Positions 56,170 through 64,000 of a stretch of 64,000 bases of DNA are shown piece after piece; within the stretch, counting starts at the first letter, position 1, and each line of letters starts with the position of its first letter. Both the position numbers and the translations under genes were made by a program. The stretch lies in the NCBI RefSeq assembly GCF_009914755.1, contig NC_060937.1; one strand, 5' to 3'. The notes beneath the pieces were generated by a model. The model saw only the letters and a program-made list of their open reading frames with translations. It was not told where the DNA came from and did not search any database. The stretch is from the human T2T-CHM13v2.0 reference genome, Homo sapiens.

Positions 56170-57035
56170 AGTTCCTTTGGATACATGTATCTAATTCACC
56201 ATTCTGTGGAGTCCCTTAGGGTGCACAGGGAGATATAGGTGTTAGGGTGGCTGGAAATGCTGACAAACCTATCATTCTATTAATCCAGTTGCTTCCAGAT
56301 AATGGAAAGCATGGTAAGTCCACTGACATCCGTGAAGATGAGCACACTGCTACACTTTGGCTGTGAAGTGAGTTTCTTGGTCTGAGCAATGCTAAGTGGA
56401 ATATCATAGGGATGGATGAGGGATTCTGTGAGTCCATGGAGGGTAGTTTTGGCAGAATTCCACCCAGGGAAAGCAAATTTGTATCCATAGTAAGAGCCTA
56501 CTCCAGTGAGTACAAACTGTTGCCGCCTATATTATAAAAGTTATTCAACGTAATAAATTTACTACCAGGTGCCTGGTGGATCACCCTGGAAATGATGTCA
56601 TATCAAAGACTCAGTGTAGATCTGTGCTGCTGTCAAATTAAACATTCAGAATTGACTGTAGCCAGACTGGCCTTTGGGATTCAAAGTTCATATTGCTTAG
56701 CCCGTGCATTGCTTCTATTTCTGCTACTATGTTCACCTTGTTTATAAGCCCATTGGGTGATGATGGGGGTGACAGGGAAGTAAGAATGACCCATACTCAC
56801 GGAACAAGACATTCTGTCCACATCATTATCAAAATCATGCTCTGATACGGTTACCCCTTAGTAGGGATTCATATAGAACAGACATATCTTTATGTAATTT
56901 ACCCAGTGAGAGAAGTTTATCCACAAAAGTTTTTCTATTTTTTTTTTTTTGCCAGGAATTTTGTAATCATGTTCCTTCCGTGTCATTGGTCATGTAGCCA
57001 ATTCATGGGCCACAGCAGTGTTGCAGGAGTGAGTA
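56170..57035 (-). mobile_element. ERV-L class internal fragment (integrase)
   Basis: Reverse strand carries degenerate LTGIDTYSGYGFAFP-like and SIASDQGTHFTAK-like segments. Confidence 0.7.
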
Positions 57036-58867
57036 TCATAGGATCTCAAACTCCTGTTCTTAAGCAATCCTTGCCTCAACCTCTTAAGTAGCTGAGACTA
57101 TAGGTGCACCCCACAACGCCTAGCTAATTTTGTTTTATTTTTAGTAGAGATTAGATTTTGCTATGTTTTCCAGGCTGTTCTCACACTCCCCACCTCAAGC
57201 GATTCTCCCAGCTTTGCCTGCAAAGTGCTTTGACTAGAGTCAAACCTCCACACCCAGCACCTATAATTTGATATTTTAAACAATACTAGGTAGCGAAAGC
57301 AATTACGAAGTTATCTAGGGAAAGAAAGCTCACTATCACAGTGTAAAATTGTATAGATATGATGCGGGCATGTGTGTATACATGCTTGCTTGTGTGCATA
57401 GGTGCGTGTTTTCTGAGAAATGGTACCTTATTGCTACCAGGCTAGGATAGCATTCATGTTCTTCTGAAGATGTCAAATATTGAAGCTCCAGGATTCATAG
57501 AACAAGATTCCTAAGTGGTTCACGAGAGGGTGAACGATTGAGTAATGGGTATTTTGGAAGAAACAACTGGCCTAGGGACAAGAATAAGTGTGCAAATCAT
57601 CTGTGTGAAACACGCTTTCTTCGGAGCACGCATTTCATGCACTTCATTCTACTGTGACAGATATTGCTACTCTGAGTTTGGGAGAGATTGAACCTAGGGT
57701 CTACTGTGAAACTCTGTAGACTAGACTTCTGTCTGAGGCAGCCCCTGCCTGTAACCGTAACCTGCGCCAAACTCCAATGGAGCATTCTTCTCAATGGATA
57801 AATGGAAATTCCGGATGATCCGATGGGCAGAGAGTGCGACTGTTTTTTTCAGGAGCTCTGGTTGAATGGTTTTGGGGACTTTCTGGGAGGATGCTCTGCA
57901 CCCAGAAAAGTAGTCCAACGGGAATCATGAGAAAATGGGCGACTCCGTGTGCCTCCGTCCCCTCCTACTTCCTCACCCACCCCTCCATCAGGGATCCCAC
58001 GTATTCCAGGATGACACGTGTTTTAGTTGTCTTTGGGCGACAACTAGCGGCAACCGTTACTGAAAATGTAAGCTGTAGAGAACAAAAAAACTCTGGTCGC
58101 CTGTTCACAGCTCACTCACTGCAACGTTGAATCCTGGGCTTAAGCAATCCTCCTGCCTCAGCTTCCTGAGTAGCTGGAAATATAGGCATGTGCCACAATG
58201 CTGGGCAATATTTTTAAGTAGTGGTAATCTCTCTCGATGTGTTGCCCAGGTTAGTCTCAAACTCCTGTCCTCTATCCAGCCTCCCACCTTGGTCTTCAGA
58301 AGTCCTGGGATTACAGGCTTGAGCCACTGTGCTCACTCCTATAATTTGATGTTTTCAACAATACTATGTAGTGAAATGCATCACGAAGACATTTTGCAAA
58401 AGAAAGCTCACTATCACATATAAAGTTGTATACTTGTCATGTGCTCACGTGAGCGCATGTTCTTGCCTGTCTGAATGTTTTCTGAGAACTGATCATCTTT
58501 TCCCCAGGGACACTGGTTGAAGAGCTGCGGGGATTGTCTGGGAGGGTGTCTCGGGCCCGGAAACGTAATCCAGGAGAGATCAGAAGACCGGCGACCCCAT
58601 GGGCCTCCATCTCTTTCTCCTTCCTTGACAACCCCTAAACCAGTGACCCCACTCATTCCAGGCTGGAACGTCGTTCGGTTGTCATTTGGCGTCACCTAGC
58701 GGTCACTGTTATTGAAAATGGAGGCATCACACCAAAACTTCTGGCCGCCCGCGCACAGCCAGGGAAAACTGGTTTCTCTCGGGCCCCACCCTGACCTCAG
58801 ATGCACTCCTTCTGTCCCTCCCCCAATGCCTTGTTGCCTAGGAAACCTCCACCCTGGCTGGGAATGC

Positions 58868-59173
<306 letters not shown>

Positions 59174-59261
59174 TATCATTTGTTTTTCTTTCTTCCTTTT
59201 TTTTTTTTTTTTTTTTTTTAGTAAGCATGAACAGTTCTACCTGGGTTTTAAAAATTGTGTG

Positions 59262-59830
59262 TGTGAAAGAAAAATAAATCTTGAGGCTTCCAAATCACTA
59301 AAGTAAAGGGAAAAGTCAAGCTGGCAACTGTTTAGGGCCAACCTGCCATTCTATTCAAAGTCACTCCTCTGCTCTTTTCTCTTTTTTTTTTTCTTTTTTG
59401 AGATGGAGTCTCGCTCAGATGCTCAAGCTGGAGCCCAGTGGAGCAATCTCGGCTCACTGCAACATTCGCCTCCTGGTTTCAAGCGATAAATGTATATTTG
59501 ATTGCCTCCTTTGGAGAGGCTAATTAGAAACTCCAAAGAATGCAACCATTTGTCTCTTAACTACCTTTGACCAGGAAGTCCCCTCCTCACTTTCAGTCTT
59601 CCCGCGTTTGCTAATTTGTCCCGCCTTTGCAGACCGAACCAATGTTCATCTTGCATACTTTGATTGATGTCTCATGTCTCCCTAGAATGTATAAAACGAT
59701 AATGTTCTCTGTTTACCTTAGGCACATGTCCTCAGAACCTCCTGAGGCTGTCACGGGTATGCGTCCTGAACCTTGGTTACGTAAACTTTCTAAATTAACT
59801 GAGACCTCTCTCAAGTTTTCAGGGTTCACA
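59262..59830 (+). mobile_element. MER4A1-like solo LTR interrupted by an Alu fragment
   Basis: TGTGAAAGAAAAATAAATCTTG...GGGTTCACA, complete TG...CA ends. Confidence 0.85.
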
Positions 59831-60215
59831 ACGGAAAGTGCATTGTAGCTCCACCCTAGGGCTTATCATTAAGAAAAACTATCCTATATCTCTGCAGATA
59901 CAGTCAAACCGGTTGTATGTAAACTGTATGAAACTAAATGCACTTATTACAAGTAAATGAATAAATGCTGAGAAAAAAAATCATGAACCGCTCACCTTTC
60001 AAAGAAGCAATAATACTATGAATTATGTGTAATTTCCAGAGTCAGCTAGTTTCAAAATTGTCCCCACTAAACTTGGAAAGGTTCCAGAGTGAGCTATTGT
60101 GCCTCCAGCCTTTGCTCCTCCCCCTTCTTTCCCCTGCGCCCTCCCCTCAACCTTTGCCGGCAATCACATTCTCTGATTCTGCAAAAGCAGGTGGGAGCCC
60201 TAGAGAGAGTTCTCG

Positions 60216-60526
60216 TTTTTTTTTTTTTTTTTTTTTTTTCTTTTTTGAGATGGAGTCTCGCTTAGAGGCTCAGGATGGAGCCCAATGGAGCAATCTCGGC
60301 TCACTGCAACATCCGCTTCCTGGTTTCAGGCGATTCTACTGCCTCAGCCTACCGAGGAGCTGGGTTAACAGGCACCCGTTATTATGCCCAGCTAATTTTT
60401 GTATTTTCATAGAGACAGGGTTTAACCATGTTGGCCACGCTGGACTCGAACTCCTGCCATCAGGTGATCTGTCAGCCTCAGCCTTTCAATGTGCCGAGAT
60501 TACAGGCGTGAGCCACTGTGGCCAGC
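60216..60526 (-). mobile_element. Alu
   Basis: Dimer; GAGTTCTC duplicated at 60207-60214 and 60527-60534. Confidence 0.9.
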
Positions 60527-60608
60527 GAGTTCTCTTTTCTTTGTGAAGGGCAAGGCAAAGTGGAATGGATTAATCTAAAAGCGGAGTGCATGCCCTGGAA
60601 AACATCAT

Positions 60609-61142
60609 GGTTAGACCCATGTGAGACAGGTTAGTTTTACTGCGTGTGTTCTCCATGTGTTGTTGCCCATGTGTTGCTACCATGGTAATCCTGCTGAGTA
60701 TGAGAGGAATCAAAGTTTCACACATTTGGTGTATGTGCTTGACTGAGGAACCAATGGGGTGAAGCTACCATCTGTGGGATTATGACTGAACGCCTCTAAA
60801 TCAGAATCCCGCCCAGAAGAAAGGATGCAGCAGCGCTGGCAAGACTCGGTTGGCCTCAGATAGCCAGTCCCCAGCCTTTGCCACCGGCCGGACGCTCCGC
60901 CCCGCTGTGCGCCAAGACCTTGCTCCGGTCTTATCATCCTAAAAAACGGGGTGCGGCCCCCCATCCTAAAAAACGGGGTGCGGCCAGAAAGGCGTTTGCT
61001 CCCTGGCCCGTCACATAACATGCTCATGGGGAATCTGATACTAAACTATTGGTAAACGCCCTGCTTCTGGGTCAGGGTTTCCTATGGAGCAGAGCAACTC
61101 CCTCACTGCAACCTATTGAAAGTCAGCCCTCCACACAAGGGG
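60609..61142 (+). pseudogene. 28S rRNA pseudogene, 3'-terminal ~530 nt
   Basis: gtgagacaggttagttttac; gaagctaccatctgtgggattatgactgaacgcctctaa; terminal ctattgaaagtcagccctc.acacaaggg; mutated sarcin-ricin loop at 60697-60710. Confidence 0.95.
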
Positions 61143-62120
61143 CTCTCAACCAGTGTGCGGGAAAGCTAGCGTTGTGGCGTGTCCTGTATAATTCAGCCCT
61201 GGACCTCTACCTTCCTTCTTCCCTCCTTTTGCCCCCGGGGACTTAGTTCCCGGGCCTGCTCAGGCCCCCCGCCCCGGAGCCCCAGGGCATGCAGGGCTGT
61301 CTCTCGCGAGATAACATTGGCGTCGGCCGTGCATTTGGGAGGGGTCGTTCCCCAACAGCAGGCTTTCCAAGATGCAGCGCTGGGGGTTGCGAGGTAGGGT
61401 TGGCGCCCCTGCTCGATGTTCCACCTCTCTGATTGAGCTTCTTTCTCCCATCCCGCTGGGAATTCCTCCACGAGTTGGGACCGGATTCTTCGAGCCTCGT
61501 GCGAATGGCTGAGGCGCGGGTGTCAGAGGTTTTGCCCCTGCAGTCCCTGCCTGAGTAGTGTTCGCGCGATGCCCGTGGGTGGCTGTTGGGGTCACAGTCC
61601 CTCTCCCCGCCTCAGGGGTGCTGGGATGAAAGACTAGCTAGTCACTACCCTTGTGTCTTTACTCCTCTTCTCTGTCCGGGTCAACCAGCGGACTGCGGGG
61701 AAATGGCTGGCAGGTCTGCCAAGTTAGACGGCCTCAAACCTGGGCCGGTTCTGTGTGATAAGGTTCCAACTGCGTCTGATCGCTTCCCTCCGCGAGCACC
61801 ACATTTGGTCTTTAGGGTGGACCCTGTCGATTAGATGCTGGCGTTTGGCTTCCCGATCAGCCCGCGAATCAGCCGACTGCGGGAAGCAAGCAACATCCAG
61901 TTGACACGGCCGCGGGCTTCTCTGTCTGGAAGACCTGGGACCAGGGCCTAAGGCCCCAGTCCTCAGGTCTCTGGTCGCCGTGCCCACCTGATGTCCGCGG
62001 CAAGCGTTGGACTTGACCGTCAACTTGGGATTTCTAAGGTAGACCAGATAACTTTGGTCAGCAGCAGTACCGCCCGCATTCACTAGGTGTCGCTTTTTCC
62101 TTGCGTTGTTTCTTCCTCTC
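61143..62120 (+). terminator. Degenerate rDNA 3'ETS and Pol I terminator (Sal-box) region
   Basis: GC-rich tract after the 28S end; Sal-box-like GGGTCAACCAG (61678-61688), GGGTGGACC (61815-61823) and AGGTAGACCAG (62037-62047), then a pyrimidine-rich tract. Confidence 0.6.
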
Positions 62121-64000
62121 CAACTGTTTCCACAGTACTTTCAGTTTCTCTTCGTTTTGTTTTTCTTTTATTTTTCTTGCTCCTCTTTCTACACACTGAA
62201 GTTGCTGTTGTTTTACATTTACCTTTTATTTATTTGTAGTTTTTGAGGCAGGTTGGAGTGTAAGAATGCAATCTCGGCTTACAGCCGCCTCGACTTTCCA
62301 GGACTCCCTCAGGTGATCTTCCTATCTCAGCCTTCCAAGTGGCTGAGACTACAGGAATCACTTAATTCTGTGATGTCGAAGCTGAAGTGAGCCGTGATGA
62401 TGCCTTGCCCTCCAGTCTGAGTGTTTCAGAAGGTAAGAGAGACAGGTTAAAGAAAAAAATTCCTTGAAATAAACTGCAATTAATTGTGATCTAAATTACC
62501 TTTTATAGTTTTTCACTCCCACGAGTTTGTTTATTATTATTGCTGCTTATTATTTCTTTGTATTATTGTTTGTCATTATTGTTATTGTTTTTATTATTTA
62601 TGTAATTATTTAGAGATGGAGTCTTCCTCTATCACCCAGAGTGCAGTGCAGTGGCGCGACTTTGGGTCACTGCAGCTTCAAATGCCTGGGTTCAAATTCG
62701 CAATATGGCGAAACACCCTGTTTACTAAAATCTGTCAATGACACCTTCAGGACCGTTGGTTGTGGCGGCTGCAATTTCGGAGGCTGAGGAGGGCAGTTCG
62801 CTAGAGCTCGGGAGTTCAAGACAGCCTCGGAAACAGACTGCAGAGCATTTGTCTGACCAAGACCCGCTGCAGCCTCCACCTCCCGACCCCAAGCGATGTT
62901 CTCAACTCAGGCTCCAAAGGATCTGGGACCACAGGCGCCTGCCATCATAATGCCCGGATTTTTTTCTTTTCTTTTCTTTTTCAGTAGAGACGGGGTCTCA
63001 CTGTGTTGCCAGGGCTGGTCTCAAAGTCCTAGGCTCTAGCAATTCTTCCAACTCAGCCTCCCAAAGTGCTGGGATTATAGGTGTGAGCCACAATGCCCTG
63101 CCCTCTTTTTTATTTCCTTCATTTTTTCTCTTTTTTTCTTTCTCTTTCTTTCTGTCTTTTCTTTTTCTTCTCTCTTTTTCTTCCTCCCTTTTTTCTCTCA
63201 TTTCTCATTCTTTTTTTTTCTGTTTCTATGTCTTTTGGTTTTCTTTTTCATCTTTCTTCCCTTTACATCTCTGTCTGTCTATTTTCTTTTTCTTGATCTT
63301 CCTTACTCTCTCTTTTCTTCATTTCTTTCTTTCCATCCCTCTGTCTGTCTGTCTTTGTGTGGATTTTGGAAAATTCTCCTTATTCTGTATCTCCCTGTGT
63401 ATCACAAGCCTCTGTGACTTTCACTTTGTTGTTTTTCCTCCTTGTCGCGTAAAAGGCATTCACTGCTCTTTTATTTTGATGCTCTGTGGATGTTCGAAGG
63501 GTGGGGAAAAAGTGGTCCACGAATCTGATTGGTTTCATGAGAGACACGAGAGACAAAAGAACATATGATGATTACTTCGCTAAATGCCCTGTTTATTCTT
63601 TCAACTGCACTCATACAAGTAAGGACGCAGTTGGTGGGTTGAGAGATCTCTGTGTAGTCATGACTCTGCAATTATACTTGACGAGAGCGGTGATGATGAA
63701 CGGGCGGCATGGAAACCTGCCCTTCTTTGGTGTCAGTTGAGCACAGTGAGAAGAGATTCACAATGGCCTGTATCTCAACCTGATGGTACTGTGTTTCTGC
63801 TCTGATCTTTAGGAATGAGAGAAGCATTCCCGTGCATTCCTGCAACGTCCTTGAAGTTTTCTTTTTAAACTTTTCGATTAACTAACGTATTTATTAATTT
63901 ATTTGAGATGGAGTCTTGTTCTGTTGGTCAGGCCATGGCGCAGTATCGGGCCACTGCAACCTCCGCCTCCCAGGTTCCAGCGATTCTCTTGCCTTAGCCT
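62120..64000 (+). repeat. Diverged IGS-like sequence with rearranged Alu fragments and a CT-rich tract
   Basis: Opposite-orientation Alu junction at about 62355 and aattgtgatctaaattacctttt resemble recalled proximal IGS; Alu pieces at 62610-63105 and 63900-64000; CT-rich tract 63105-63350. Confidence 0.5.

Noticed and set aside
60609-61142. Functional rRNA gene
   Set aside because: Only the 3' end is present, with indels and a mutated sarcin-ricin loop.

Overview
Gene-free, repeat-saturated primate DNA. An SVA element and an rDNA-like block make a hominid origin, probably human, most likely. No intact cellular protein-coding gene is visible; every recognisable ORF is a decayed L1, ERV, SVA or Alu fragment. 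In order, the window holds: a chimeric L1 (3.1-9.2 kb); a decayed gammaretrovirus-like provirus (HERV15/LTR15-like) whose leader is capped by a HERV-E env-LTR2 fragment (11.7-19.3 kb); an ERV-L class remnant carrying dUTPase and env-like motifs (26-27.8 kb); a full-length SVA with a target-site duplication (TSD); a nested MLT1/L1/Alu stack (35.7-44.3 kb); and a degenerate genomic copy of rDNA at the right end (IGS-like sequence, 28S 3' end, 3'ETS, decayed Sal-box terminators; 57-64 kb). The strongest result is structural: L1PA pieces at 29101-31966 (-) and 47704-50996 (+) are the two halves of one insertion. They abut within about 1 nt on the L1 consensus and share a 14-15 bp TSD, which implies a ~19.0 kb inversion (31967-50996). 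Subfamily names and rDNA/IGS comparisons come from recalled consensus sequences and need RepeatMasker/BLAST confirmation.
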